Below are positions 17,133 through 27,266 of a stretch of 64,000 nucleotides of DNA, one piece after another. A model generated the notes under the pieces. It was not told the DNA's origin and ran no database searches. It saw nothing but the letters and a program-made list of their open reading frames with translations. The stretch lies in NCBI GenBank assembly GCA_040905715.1, contig JBBDRA010000002.1:3746-67745 (forward strand). The letters run 5' to 3'. Position numbers and translations under genes: made by a program. Position 1 is the stretch's first letter; the number at the start of each line of letters is the position of its first letter. This DNA comes from Minisyncoccota bacterium. GTDB taxonomy: Bacteria > Patescibacteriota > Minisyncoccia > Phycocordibacterales > CSBR16-193.

Positions 17133-19901
17133 TCATTTCCGATATCGCTTTTGGATCATCTCCTCTACAACTGTCCGATCTTCGCCATACGTCAGATACG
17201 AGAGCTGCTTCATTCTCTCAGCATGTTCGTAATCACCCTCTGTAGGTGCCTGGGTCGCGATCGAGAAAGGCTTGACCGGTTCACCACCGACCAGCATACG
17301 AATGTAGGCATTGCGATTCTGCACGTTCATGAGGTCCTGCGAATGTACGGTTGGTTGGAATTGATGCTCAAGAAACTCTGCATCATCCGAACCAATACGA
17401 AATGAACACATTGAACCCACGTTACCAAAGATAGAGTCTTTAATTCCTTCGTCAAGCTGCGCAATGTACTGGTGAGCAACGTTAAGGCTGAGCTTGTACT
17501 TACGCGCCTCCGAAAGGATCGTTGAAATAGAATCAGTTGTTACATTCTGAAACTCATCAATATAGAGATAGAACGGATCGATCTCACCTTTACCGTACCG
17601 GTCAACCCGTGAGAGTGTTGCCATTAAGATCTTGCCGACAATAATAAGTCCAAGCAGGTTCGCGTTCAAGTCGCCGAGTGTTCCCTTCGCCAGGTTCACC
17701 AAAAGGATCTTTCGGCTGTCCATTACTTCACGAAAATTGAAACTCGAGTATTCCTGAGAGATGATCGGTCGCATGATGTCGTTTGACATAAAGACATCGA
17801 ACTTACTGGTGATGTATGGCACGATATTCTGCAAGCTCGCCTCACCGCCTGCTTTGCCGGCTACTTCCTCCCAGAACTGGTTAACCACTGAGTTGTTGCT
17901 ATTGGCGATCTTTTGTTTACGAAACGCATCATCAGTCAGAACTCGTGAAATGTCGAGCATTGTGTTCCCACTATCCGGATGTTCCACAACCAACATCGCC
18001 GCATTACGAAAATACTGTTCGAACATCGGCCCCATCGACTCCGGCACGCTCGAGTATAGTTTCTGGAATATTTTGAAAAGCTCATTGACCACGAACGTCT
18101 TCTGCTCCGGGTGTGCCGGATCGTACTCAAGCATATTGAGACCCATCGGTCGCTCGGTATAACTAGGGTCAAAGTAGATCACATCCTGCATACGCTCTTT
18201 GGGGACCGCCGAAAGAACATCCTGGACATCAGCCCCATGAGGATCGATAAAACAGAGACCTTCCCCGTTTTGTATATCCTGCACCATCATATTTTTCAAC
18301 AACGTGGTCTTACCGGTACCGGTCTGACCGATAACGTAGAAGTGACGCAGACGATCATCGGCACTCATCTTTATCTCCTGCTCCTGATTTCGGTGCTTAT
18401 TCACGCCCAAAAGGATCCCTTCTTTTGAAAGTCCCGCCGGAGCCGGCACACTCACCCCTTTAGTCTCTTTAAGCTGAGATGGCCCTTTAAGACCCAGAGT
18501 CTCAAAGTGAATAATGCTCGTAAGTTCGGTCGTGTTAAGCGGAAGGCTGGACGCATCCTCAAATTTACGAAACGCAAAATTATTGATCAGTTTCTGCATC
18601 TTGCCCCGCTTCATACGCCGAAAACCAAACGTGTTACCGTTGGTGTTCTCGAACTGATTGAACGCTGATTCCATGTCTGAAAGGATCGTCTCAGCCTCGT
18701 GCTGCGTGCGAGACGATGCGATCAGACGAATGTTAGTGCGCATCAATGGGCTGGCGATCTTTGTCTCGATCTGCTCTATAGCGTTTTGATCAACCTCTTT
18801 CGGCTCATCCTGTTTTTCGTCGTCCTTTTTCTTGGTTGAACTAGAGAAAAATTCAAAGAAGCCGCTCGCAACATCTCGAGTCATCTCGCCGACCACATTA
18901 AGCATCGCATTCTTTGTTGCATCGTTTACCGACACACCTTTCTTTATCGCGGAAATTGCCTCGTCATATTTGCTTTTAATATTCGCAACTCCTTCCGTGG
19001 AGATCACTATCTGTACCGCCGCACCTTCACCATCGCGGTCAACGTTCGTAAAGCTGTTGAGGATCACGTTCATCGGGTCGTGATCGAACGATTCATAGGT
19101 TTTGATCGGATACGCGGGATTATGCTCAAAGACCGCAACCGAACCGGCGGTAGCACCCTCGTAATTAAAAATATTGTAGTCGTCCGGCGCCTCGCGTACT
19201 TGTGCGTCTGAATACACCGAGAGGATCTGCTTATGAAAAAGCTCGGCCTTCTCGCTCGGCACAGAGACATAGAAACTATACTCATCGGCACTGTCCGGCA
19301 ACGCAAGCTCAATCGTGAATGACGACTGCCCGGTCTCAGATCGGGTTGCAGAGCGCATACCGGCAAAGAACTGCTCCATTGACGAGAGCAGGTCTTGAAG
19401 AGGTTTTTGATTGTCTTCCTCGTTGTATTCACGAGGAAGAACGACCTCATAGAGCGTATGCCGAAGCGAGCGCGCCAGCGGGGACTTGGGTTTCAAGCCA
19501 TTAATGCTATACCCCTCTCTAAGGTACTCCACCAAAAAACGATGGAAGTCGTCCTCAAGGTGCGGATTATTCATCTTTTCGATGATCGCCAGCGTATTCT
19601 TAACCCCCTTCTCGTGGACCATCTCAATGAATTCGGCCATCTGTGTATCGTGCTCTTCCGGCGCAAGGTCAAGCGCGATCTTTTCAGCACCCTCGTCTGA
19701 TTCTTGGAACTGACGAATCACGACGCCGTCCGCGCTCTCTGCACGGTATTCACGAACAACGTCATTTGCCGCCTCATCCGTATCTTTGCCTGCTTCAGCG
19801 TATGAGCGCTCACGCTCCGCCACCTCACGCCGGAGGTGTTCACGCTCTTCGCTCAAAGATCGAAACGGCTGTTCCGGTTTTTTTAGGTGCGCATCTTCCA
19901 T
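17133..19901 (-). CDS. large soluble P-loop ATPase of the TraD/VirD4/FtsK-HerA type (coupling-protein-like), with an uncharacterised ~480-aa N-terminal region
   Basis: Walker A FYVIGQTGTGKTTLLKNM, then CFIDPHGADVQDV, Walker B-like YLYIDEFQNVTT and a TraG-D_C-like NVAHQYIAQLDEGIKDSIFGNVGSMCSFRIG. There is no N-terminal TM segment. Confidence 0.6.
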   Translation of the reverse strand: MEDAHLKKPEQPFRSLSEEREHLRREVAERERSYAEAGKDTDEAANDVVREYRAESADGVVIRQFQESDEGAEKIALDLAPEEHDTQMAEFIEMVHEKGVKNTLAIIEKMNNPHLEDDFHRFLVEYLREGYSINGLKPKSPLARSLRHTLYEVVLPREYNEEDNQKPLQDLLSSMEQFFAGMRSATRSETGQSSFTIELALPDSADEYSFYVSVPSEKAELFHKQILSVYSDAQVREAPDDYNIFNYEGATAGSVAVFEHNPAYPIKTYESFDHDPMNVILNSFTNVDRDGEGAAVQIVISTEGVANIKSKYDEAISAIKKGVSVNDATKNAMLNVVGEMTRDVASGFFEFFSSSTKKKDDEKQDEPKEVDQNAIEQIETKIASPLMRTNIRLIASSRTQHEAETILSDMESAFNQFENTNGNTFGFRRMKRGKMQKLINNFAFRKFEDASSLPLNTTELTSIIHFETLGLKGPSQLKETKGVSVPAPAGLSKEGILLGVNKHRNQEQEIKMSADDRLRHFYVIGQTGTGKTTLLKNMMVQDIQNGEGLCFIDPHGADVQDVLSAVPKERMQDVIYFDPSYTERPMGLNMLEYDPAHPEQKTFVVNELFKIFQKLYSSVPESMGPMFEQYFRNAAMLVVEHPDSGNTMLDISRVLTDDAFRKQKIANSNNSVVNQFWEEVAGKAGGEASLQNIVPYITSKFDVFMSNDIMRPIISQEYSSFNFREVMDSRKILLVNLAKGTLGDLNANLLGLIIVGKILMATLSRVDRYGKGEIDPFYLYIDEFQNVTTDSISTILSEARKYKLSLNVAHQYIAQLDEGIKDSIFGNVGSMCSFRIGSDDAEFLEHQFQPTVHSQDLMNVQNRNAYIRMLVGGEPVKPFSIATQAPTEGDYEHAERMKQLSYLTYGEDRTVVEEMIQKRYRK

Positions 19902-19956
19902 TACCTCCCTATTGTACCGCAGATCCGCGCAACCGTATGTTGAAAACCATTCAAAT

Positions 19957-19990
19957 AAAAACAGCTCGGTAGCACCGAGCTGTTTTTATT
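19957..19990. terminator. bidirectional terminator
   Basis: AAAAACAGCTCGGT-agca-CCGAGCTGTTTTT. Confidence 0.6.
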
Positions 19991-20004
19991 TACCTTATTT
20001 TCAT

Positions 20005-20301
20005 TTACTCATCATCTTTGTCGTAATCCGTCTCATCAGGATTTTCTTCATCACTGAACAATTCTCCCCCGAAATACGCTTCATCCAACACTTTTGCCAT
20101 ATCCTGAAGCTTAGAATCCCCTTCCTCTCCGGCCTGTTTGATCAGACCCATGATCTCTTCTTTACTCTTACCGGATTCCGCAATGAGCTCATCTAGATCA
20201 GGCGTCCTGTGATCATAGAGCTCAAAAAGCATCTCAATATTTGCTTTCGTGCCTTCGTAAACTTCAACACCTTTATCTAATGACATTCCATCGATACTCA
20301 T
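20005..20301 (-). CDS. small acidic hypothetical protein
   Basis: 98-aa ORF in an apparent operon with the ATPase. C-terminal DEENPDETDYDKDDE. Confidence 0.4.
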   Translation of the reverse strand: MSIDGMSLDKGVEVYEGTKANIEMLFELYDHRTPDLDELIAESGKSKEEIMGLIKQAGEEGDSKLQDMAKVLDEAYFGGELFSDEENPDETDYDKDDE

Positions 20302-20404
20302 GTGCCCAAATGTTATTTGCTTCTGATAACTTAGTCAACGATTCTAACAAAGAAATCAGTAAAGTAAAGAAAGGTGGGGATAACCTAGTGTGACAATCTA
20401 AAAG

Positions 20405-20437
20405 TTTAACGGCTCACATTACATGTGAGCCGTTAAA
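20405..20437. terminator. palindromic hairpin of the same family as 14231-14267
   Basis: TTTAACGGCTCACAT-tac-ATGTGAGCCGTTAAA. Confidence 0.45.
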
Positions 20438-20458
20438 TCCTCTCGAATATTCTCTTAT

Positions 20459-20746
20459 TTATGAATTTGAGGCCTTTTTTTCTTCCCGATCCAGCTCTGC
20501 CATCGCCTCACTTTCCTGCTTATCAATATCGCCCAGAAGCTTCATAGCCTCATCGAGTGTTTCGGCGTACTCTTCATTAAGATCGGTCATATACTGCATA
20601 TACGCGACCAGCATCTTCACCACCTGCTCACCCTGCTCCTTATCGCTTATCGGCCGGGAAACCAGCTCCTGGATCGCGACCTTCGCTTCGTCAAACTTCT
20701 CTTGTTCTAGAAGCGCTTTAACATCTTGAGTGACAGTGTTACTCAT
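20459..20746 (-). CDS. small alpha-helical hypothetical protein
   Basis: About 95 aa. The start at 20746 (MSNTVTQDVKALLEQ...) abuts the stop of the upstream 957-aa gene. Confidence 0.4.
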   Translation of the reverse strand: MSNTVTQDVKALLEQEKFDEAKVAIQELVSRPISDKEQGEQVVKMLVAYMQYMTDLNEEYAETLDEAMKLLGDIDKQESEAMAELDREEKKASNS

Positions 20747-23612
20747 GTTTATTTTGCTTATCGATACGGGCAATATGTTCGTTTATGATATCTATTTTAC
20801 AATCACGGCATTCATCTTCAGCGAGTTTCTCGTCCTCAAGCATCTCGCGTAATGCCACTACAACCTCATCGCGGTACCTTCGCACGGTCGCTGCATCCTT
20901 TCCTTCTGCTCGATCAGTAACACGTCTCAACCTGGCAGAAAGACCGTTTCCGAAGAAAGGATGCACCGGAGTATTCAAAACAGTATTCCTCACATCTTCC
21001 TTCACTAGCGGCAAAAACAACTTCTCGTAGTATTCCTTCAGGAACTTTTTCTCTTCAGAAGTTAGCTCATTCTTTGCTGCAATATCACGGGCTTGAGCCT
21101 TAAGAGCTTCCTTCTCTTTATCGCTCATTTCACTTGCCTCACTTTGACTCAGTGTGTGATACGCTTCAGCAAAAGACTCACCGGCAGTATCATGAACCTG
21201 TCGAGCTCCAGTGACCATATCAGCCGCTTTCCTCCGCAGGTTCTGGAACTTTTCGTGAAGAGCTTCGCGCTCTGACCCTTCTATTCTATCTGATCTGGTC
21301 GGCCACTCGCCGCGATCCTGAAGCTCCAGCTGAACGAGTCGCATCTCAGCGCGTATCTCTCGTACATCCTTTCGACGCCACGCACCGATACCAAGAACGT
21401 CGTGCACGGTTCGTTGAGCTTCCTGCTGTGCTTTGTATTTCTTAGAGAAGAGAGCGAAGACCGGAAGCATGAACCCGACACCGCTAAGAAATTCCATTGG
21501 CTTCTGCGCATCATCCAGAAGCTTGTGTCGTTTCAAGAGCTCCTTAACCTGCATCTCCTTGCGTGCGACCGTCGCGATAGATTCAGTATATCGCTGAGTG
21601 ATACCCTCAAGTTTTTGAGCACGTTCCGGATTACTCTCGGCGAGTGCTCTCAAATACTCTTTTCCTTTTTCCAGCTGTTCTGGAGAAATTCCGACCTGCT
21701 CACCAAGCTCATCGAACATCTGTTCCAAACTCACCGGCACGGATTCAGCCCTACTCTCCCCGTTACCCGGAGTACCTTCTACACCAGATTCTCCATCCGG
21801 AGCACCTTCTTTCGAAGACTCCTTCAAACCGCCAGCCTCACGGCCCATCATATTATCCTCCTCGAAGAGCGCGTTGTAGTCGGTTTTCTTTTGAGGTTCT
21901 CGTGGCAACTCCTTCTCCTTGTCTTTGTCCGGCTCGGCTTTCTCTTCCGCCCCCCTTTCTATTTTCTCGCGCATCTGCTTTTCGAGGGCTATTACGTTTT
22001 TCACGCACTTTTGTATCTCAGCAGGAACATCTTTTGTGAGTCTGTTTTCGTCTCGCCGACTTAACGCAGCATACACCGAGCTGAACACACGTCGTTTGTT
22101 CAATGAGTGCGGAAACTGATCCGCGTCGATCCGCAACACCGCGTCGATCACATCTTCTCGAGTGGGATTCACCATGTTTTCAAACGCTTCAGGTCCATAC
22201 CCTTTGCGCTCCCCTTCGGCTGACTGTTCTGTTGGCCCTTTCTTTTCTTGTACTTTTTCCCCTTTCTCACTTGTTTCTTTATCTCCACGCTGTTCCCACT
22301 CGTCCCATCTCATCATCTGTCCTTGTTCACTAAAACGATTCGGCCAGACGATCTTACCGCGCCCTCCGGAAGAAGGCTGATCCAGCTTAATCTCGGCAGC
22401 TTCATCAGTATCTGGCTGTGTCGACTCTTGATGCCCCGTTCCTCCCTCGACATCTCCTGTTTCAACCTCAAGATCAGCAACGGTCTGCGCTTTGTTTTTA
22501 TCAATAACTTCCTGCACTTTTTGTCGAAGCGCGCCAAGCGGCGGCGTCCTACGTACCACCTCATTACCAAGATCCTCTCTCACCGCAGACCATATAACGT
22601 CAGGCGATACCTGTACATCCTCGGGATCGGTTTCTATGGTTGTAACGTACTCTCTTGCTATCGGACCTACCTCATAAATAGTATCTTTGATCTTTTGTGG
22701 GGACGGATATTTCATCCTATCAAATTCATAGAACGGTCCGTCTTTCATCCATGGTTTCTCTTGCACGCCGCGCGGCCCACCCTTCTTTGAGGGCGGAGTA
22801 GTATCAATAACAACATCCTCATGCTCACCATCCGGCAACCTGACCTGCGAACGTCGCTTCACATATATCGTTGACCTTCGGGCATTATAAAGCACAGTGA
22901 GTAAGGCACCCGCCTCAACGGTCACATGAACATCTTCCAAATTTTCTACGATCCAGTGCTCTCCTGCGGGAACCGTTTCCCCATCAGGAATTTTAGTAAA
23001 TTCTTGTTTCTCTAACAGGTCATCAGTCTTCTCTTCCTCTGGCTCTGGCCCTGTATTTTGATTTGTTTCATTACCCAAAGACCGCTCTCTGCCCTCACTC
23101 TTCGGTGGTTTCTGTAGGTTATGACGACGAACGGGCCGCACCAGCTCCCGTGCCTCTTTAGCGTCGGGTGATTCATGAAACGGCACGGCGCGAGTCCATG
23201 CATGTATACCACCATGCTTTTCTTTATTTTCTCCTCCTTCGTTTTCTTTCTCTTGTGCAAGCTTTTCTTTTAGTTGCTGTCGTTTATTTTCGATCGCCGT
23301 TCGCAATAGTGGATATAGCGACCCCGGTTGTGGATTCATCTCTTCAAGCTCGATATCCTTATCTAAATCAGAAATATTTTTTTCTACCTGTTCATCAATA
23401 AACTCATTCCACTTTTCTTTTTCATCATCATTAAAATCAGCAGCTTTATCTATTGCAGCATGGATGCTTTCTACAGTGGCTTCCTCCACATTCCACAACT
23501 GCTCCTGAAACCCGTCAGGGATTCGCTTCCTCCCCGACTCATGCTGAATAGCGAGTTTCTTTTCACGGTTGATGTTTACCGGTCGGCCTTCCGGTTTTTC
23601 TGGAGATGTCAT
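20739..23612 (-). CDS. 957-aa highly charged (E/K-rich), predicted coiled-coil/disordered hypothetical protein
   Basis: Long uninterrupted ORF with one short hydrophobic segment (FLSGVGFMLPVFALFS). No catalytic motif seen. It lies immediately downstream of map. Confidence 0.55.
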   Translation of the reverse strand: MTSPEKPEGRPVNINREKKLAIQHESGRKRIPDGFQEQLWNVEEATVESIHAAIDKAADFNDDEKEKWNEFIDEQVEKNISDLDKDIELEEMNPQPGSLYPLLRTAIENKRQQLKEKLAQEKENEGGENKEKHGGIHAWTRAVPFHESPDAKEARELVRPVRRHNLQKPPKSEGRERSLGNETNQNTGPEPEEEKTDDLLEKQEFTKIPDGETVPAGEHWIVENLEDVHVTVEAGALLTVLYNARRSTIYVKRRSQVRLPDGEHEDVVIDTTPPSKKGGPRGVQEKPWMKDGPFYEFDRMKYPSPQKIKDTIYEVGPIAREYVTTIETDPEDVQVSPDVIWSAVREDLGNEVVRRTPPLGALRQKVQEVIDKNKAQTVADLEVETGDVEGGTGHQESTQPDTDEAAEIKLDQPSSGGRGKIVWPNRFSEQGQMMRWDEWEQRGDKETSEKGEKVQEKKGPTEQSAEGERKGYGPEAFENMVNPTREDVIDAVLRIDADQFPHSLNKRRVFSSVYAALSRRDENRLTKDVPAEIQKCVKNVIALEKQMREKIERGAEEKAEPDKDKEKELPREPQKKTDYNALFEEDNMMGREAGGLKESSKEGAPDGESGVEGTPGNGESRAESVPVSLEQMFDELGEQVGISPEQLEKGKEYLRALAESNPERAQKLEGITQRYTESIATVARKEMQVKELLKRHKLLDDAQKPMEFLSGVGFMLPVFALFSKKYKAQQEAQRTVHDVLGIGAWRRKDVREIRAEMRLVQLELQDRGEWPTRSDRIEGSEREALHEKFQNLRRKAADMVTGARQVHDTAGESFAEAYHTLSQSEASEMSDKEKEALKAQARDIAAKNELTSEEKKFLKEYYEKLFLPLVKEDVRNTVLNTPVHPFFGNGLSARLRRVTDRAEGKDAATVRRYRDEVVVALREMLEDEKLAEDECRDCKIDIINEHIARIDKQNKHE

Positions 23613-23658
23613 ACTACGGTAAGTATATCAAATGAAGGCCTATTATGATGAGGATAAC

Positions 23659-24444
23659 TTATTCTGTTGTGTCAGGCACTCGGGTCAGCACCTCCGGACC
23701 GTTCTCAGTTATAGCAATAGTGTGTTCAAAATGAGCTGAAAGAGATCCGTCAGCAGTTCGTATAGTAAAGCCGTCGCTGTCGGTTGAGATATCATCCGTA
23801 CCCATTGTGAGCATTGGCTCGATCGCGATCACGAGTCCCGCCTCAAGGCGCTCGCCGTGCCCCGGCGTACCGGTGTTTGGCACAAACGGCTCTTCATGCA
23901 CCTCGTGGCCGACACCGTGGCCGGCCAGACCACGCGAGAGTGCGTAGCCATGGGGGCGCACGAATGTCTCGATCGCGCTACCGATATCACCGGTTGTTGC
24001 GCCTTGCTCCGCCGCCTGAATACCATGCTCCAGTGATTCCCGCGTCACCCGCAAAAGATCTTCGGCACTCGGGTCGATCTTTCCCACACCCAACGTTACT
24101 GCTGAGTCGGTGATCAGATCATTATATACCAGCCCCATATCAATAGTTACAATATCTCCTTCTTGAAGAGTGTAATCCCTCTCATTGGGTATGCCGTGAA
24201 CGATCACGTCGTTGACGGATACACACAACGCGGCCGGATACGGACGAGGGGCACCCGAAGGTTGGTACTTGAAAAACGCCGGCGTACCGCCATGCTTTTC
24301 GGCGAGAACATGAGCATGCTCATTAATGGACGACGTAGTTACTCCCGGCCCTATTTCTTCGGCGAGCGTCGATAAAATTTGAGCGAGCCGCCCTCCTCCT
24401 TCGCGCAGTTCTTTGATCTCGGCAGGTGTTTTTAGTTGAATCAT
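23659..24444 (-). CDS. map: methionine aminopeptidase type I
   Basis: VIVHGIPNERDYTLQEGDIVTIDMG, then the metal ligands GHGVGHEVHEEP, and IAIEPM. Confidence 0.9.
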   Translation of the reverse strand: MIQLKTPAEIKELREGGGRLAQILSTLAEEIGPGVTTSSINEHAHVLAEKHGGTPAFFKYQPSGAPRPYPAALCVSVNDVIVHGIPNERDYTLQEGDIVTIDMGLVYNDLITDSAVTLGVGKIDPSAEDLLRVTRESLEHGIQAAEQGATTGDIGSAIETFVRPHGYALSRGLAGHGVGHEVHEEPFVPNTGTPGHGERLEAGLVIAIEPMLTMGTDDISTDSDGFTIRTADGSLSAHFEHTIAITENGPEVLTRVPDTTE

Positions 24445-24530
24445 GATCTATGTATTATACGTCTTTGCTGTCACAATCCGAATACTCCCTACAATCTAGC
24501 ACAGACAGCCACGTCCAAAAAGAAAAAGTC

Positions 24531-24586
24531 AATAAAATATTAGAGTTATATTAGAGTTAACTCTAATATAACTCTAATATTTTATT
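24531..24586. terminator. 56-nt perfect palindrome (TATTAGAGTTA motif x2 on each arm) abutting the kinase stop
   Basis: AATAAAATATTAGAGTTATATTAGAGTT / AACTCTAATATAACTCTAATATTTTATT. A U-rich tail follows on the minus strand. Confidence 0.6.
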
Positions 24587-25291
24587 TTACACACGTCCAT
24601 CGTTTCGAATCACCGTGCCGACGAAATTGTTACCTTCGAAGTAATCACGTACATTCTCGATCCGACCGTTTAAAATGCCTACTTCAAGGTCAAATTCTTC
24701 TGCTGCTTTTGCGGCAATGGGGTCAAACGGCGCGCTGAGACCGGGGTCCCACGTAGTCGGCAAAAGGGTGCGGAACCGGGCCCAGTCTGTCTTCTCTATC
24801 TTTACCGCATCAGCATGCTCATTTGGATCCTTATCATATACATACTCAACATTTGAAAGGTTCAATACTCTTCTGGCGCCGAACTTCTTAGCGAACTGGA
24901 CTGCAACATAGTCCGTACTCCAGCCCGGCTTCCAGCCGGCACCGATCGTGATCGGTTCATTCGGCCGTACAATCTCCTTTTCCGGATCGAACAGTATATC
25001 CGAGTGTGCCCGGTCACCAAACGCCATTTTGAGGAACTGCGCATTGAGACGTGTAGCGTGAATACCTATCCAGTCCAATTCTGTATTTTCTACACTCCGA
25101 ATGTGGGACAAAGCCTCTTGATACCGTCGCGCAACCTTTCCCCCACCGGTGATAATAAAAAATCGTTTACCCTGATCAGTAAACGATGAAACGAGATCTA
25201 CAAATTGCCTCACAAAATCTGAATCGACAGTGTCAGGAGCAATGAGTGATCCTCCGAGTGAAATGACAATTGTTTCAGATTCTGATGACAT
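24587..25291 (-). CDS. amino-acid-kinase-family protein (putative archaeal-type UMP kinase or related nucleotide/isoprenoid phosphate kinase)
   Basis: TIVISLGGSLIAP, then IITGGGKVARRY, and GWKPGWSTDYVAVQFA, which matches the carbamate/amino-acid kinase fold. It sits next to adk. Confidence 0.55.
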   Translation of the reverse strand: MSSESETIVISLGGSLIAPDTVDSDFVRQFVDLVSSFTDQGKRFFIITGGGKVARRYQEALSHIRSVENTELDWIGIHATRLNAQFLKMAFGDRAHSDILFDPEKEIVRPNEPITIGAGWKPGWSTDYVAVQFAKKFGARRVLNLSNVEYVYDKDPNEHADAVKIEKTDWARFRTLLPTTWDPGLSAPFDPIAAKAAEEFDLEVGILNGRIENVRDYFEGNNFVGTVIRNDGRV

Positions 25292-25293
25292 AC

Positions 25294-25890
25294 TTAGACA
25301 AGCGCTAGTGATCCCATTAACTCCTGGTGAACCTCCTCTACTGATTGTTCACCGTTGATCTCATGGAACTGATAATAGTCATCTTCCCGATAAATATCAA
25401 TGGCCGGCTTAACTTCGCTTTCGTACCAGCTCAAACGATTAGAGATGCCCTCTTCGGTGTCGTCAGTGCGCGCCCGCTCCAGAAGCCGTCGCTTTGCTTC
25501 TTCGACACTTACATCGATAAGAATAATTTGAGGTTTTTTCCTCTTATAAAACTTCATGGCTGAATCAAGTGCCTGAGCCTCAGTTATTGTTCGTGGTGTT
25601 CCATCGATTATCAAATGCTCTTCGCCAGTGAAATTCTTTACCAACTCCTCTGCCCAAAGCCAAATAGCTAGAAATGGAGGTTGGAGTCCGCCTACGCTGT
25701 TTATCTCGGTCGAGATTTGAGCAGCCAAGGTATCTGCCTGGTTTTTCATGTACGCTCGGAAGTGGTCGCCGGTATAAAAGTGAAACTGCTTTCGATCGTC
25801 TGCCTTTGAAAGAGCTTCTCTGAGCAACTCTACCTGTGTTCCTTTACCGCTTCCGGACGGGCCGGCAAAAATAAACGTTTGTGGGTCCAT
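25294..25890 (-). CDS. adk: adenylate kinase-like nucleoside monophosphate kinase
   Basis: P-loop IFAGPSGSGKGTQ at the N-terminus, with the canonical secY-adk-map position. Confidence 0.75.
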   Translation of the reverse strand: MDPQTFIFAGPSGSGKGTQVELLREALSKADDRKQFHFYTGDHFRAYMKNQADTLAAQISTEINSVGGLQPPFLAIWLWAEELVKNFTGEEHLIIDGTPRTITEAQALDSAMKFYKRKKPQIILIDVSVEEAKRRLLERARTDDTEEGISNRLSWYESEVKPAIDIYREDDYYQFHEINGEQSVEEVHQELMGSLALV

Positions 25891-25950
25891 GCTTACTATA
25901 TTTTATTAGTAAAACTCAACGTAGAAACAGCGCCCGAGAGGCGCTGTTTA

Positions 25951-27222
25951 CTAATACTGTCTAATACTTACTTGGGCATCCATTCTCTTCACCATATCAA
26001 CGACAACCGACACGACAATAAGCAGTGCCGTACCACCGATCGCAAACATAGGGTTGCCGGTTGCAGACTGCAGTGCCAGTGGCAATACCGCAACAACACC
26101 CAAAAACATTGCACTCACCAGCGTCAGTCGTGTCACAATAGACCCGACATACTGGGCGGTTGCCTGTCCGGGTCGAATGCCCGGCACAAACGCTCCTGAT
26201 TTCTGAAGATTAGTCGCAATCTTATCAGGATCGAAAGTTATAGCAGTGTAGAAGTACGTAAAACCGATCACCAAAAGGAAATAGAACGCCGCGTACAACC
26301 AACCGATCTCCATAAGCTCAAGACCTTGCTGGGCAATATTAGCGATAAATAGATTATTCACTCCGGCCAAAAAGTTGAAGATCATCTGCGGGAACAACAG
26401 GATAGAAAGCGCAAAGATGATCGGGATCACTCCGGCCTGATTTAACCGAAGCGGTAGATATGTTGAAACACCGCCGTATGTTTTCATGCCGCGCACCTGC
26501 TTCGCGTACGTGATCGGCACCGGCCGCTCGGCTTCGGTTACGATCACTACCGCTAATATGACCGCGAACGCGGCAATAGCGAAGCCAATGTACATCGGCA
26601 ACTGAGTGGTATCAAACGTTTGGTACAGATCGCCAACAGCACCCGGAAGGGCGGCGATAATACCGGCGAAGATCAGAAGAGATACACCGTTACCAACTCC
26701 GTACTCAGTGATCAACTCACCCAGCCACATCAGCAATAGCGATCCAGCGGTAATAACGATCACGTTTGTGACCGTGTCAAACGTGCCGAGACCTTGAACA
26801 ACTCCTTGGTTTGAAAGGAGTGTTAAAAATCCAAAAGACTGAATGAACGCCAGCGGCACAGTCAGTGTTCGTGTGTATTGACCAAACTTGCGTCTTCCGG
26901 CGTCACCTTCTTCGTGATACAGCTGCTTTACCTTGGGCGACATCACGGTCATCAACTGCATGATGATAGATGCAGTAATGTATGGACCAAGTCCAAGCAT
27001 TACAATAGAGAGGTTCGCCAGTCCACCTCCTGAAAATATATTGAGAAGTCCGAGGAATTGGTTATTGGAGAAAAGATTCTCTAACTGCCTAGCGTCAATA
27101 CCCGGGATCGGGATAGTAGCCAATATTCGAAATAAAATAAGAATACCGAGCGTAAAGAGAACTTTGCCGCGCAGAGTTGTGTCTTCAAAGATGAGACGGA
27201 TTTTTGTAAAAAAGGTTTGCAT
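25951..27222 (-). CDS. secY: preprotein translocase SecY
   Basis: Ten TM segments, GLGPYITASIIMQLMTVMSPKVKQLYHEEGDAGRRKFGQYTRTLTVPLAFIQSFG. Confidence 0.95.
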   Translation of the reverse strand: MQTFFTKIRLIFEDTTLRGKVLFTLGILILFRILATIPIPGIDARQLENLFSNNQFLGLLNIFSGGGLANLSIVMLGLGPYITASIIMQLMTVMSPKVKQLYHEEGDAGRRKFGQYTRTLTVPLAFIQSFGFLTLLSNQGVVQGLGTFDTVTNVIVITAGSLLLMWLGELITEYGVGNGVSLLIFAGIIAALPGAVGDLYQTFDTTQLPMYIGFAIAAFAVILAVVIVTEAERPVPITYAKQVRGMKTYGGVSTYLPLRLNQAGVIPIIFALSILLFPQMIFNFLAGVNNLFIANIAQQGLELMEIGWLYAAFYFLLVIGFTYFYTAITFDPDKIATNLQKSGAFVPGIRPGQATAQYVGSIVTRLTLVSAMFLGVVAVLPLALQSATGNPMFAIGGTALLIVVSVVVDMVKRMDAQVSIRQY

Positions 27223-27266
27223 AGCTTACGTAATATAGTCTCTTTCCTCCATCCTCCAGAGCCATA

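Noticed and set aside
21402-22790. Several 130-220-aa plus-strand ORFs
   Set aside because: Antisense within the 957-aa gene. Ser/Leu/Phe-rich composition typical of the reverse strand of E/K-rich coding sequence.
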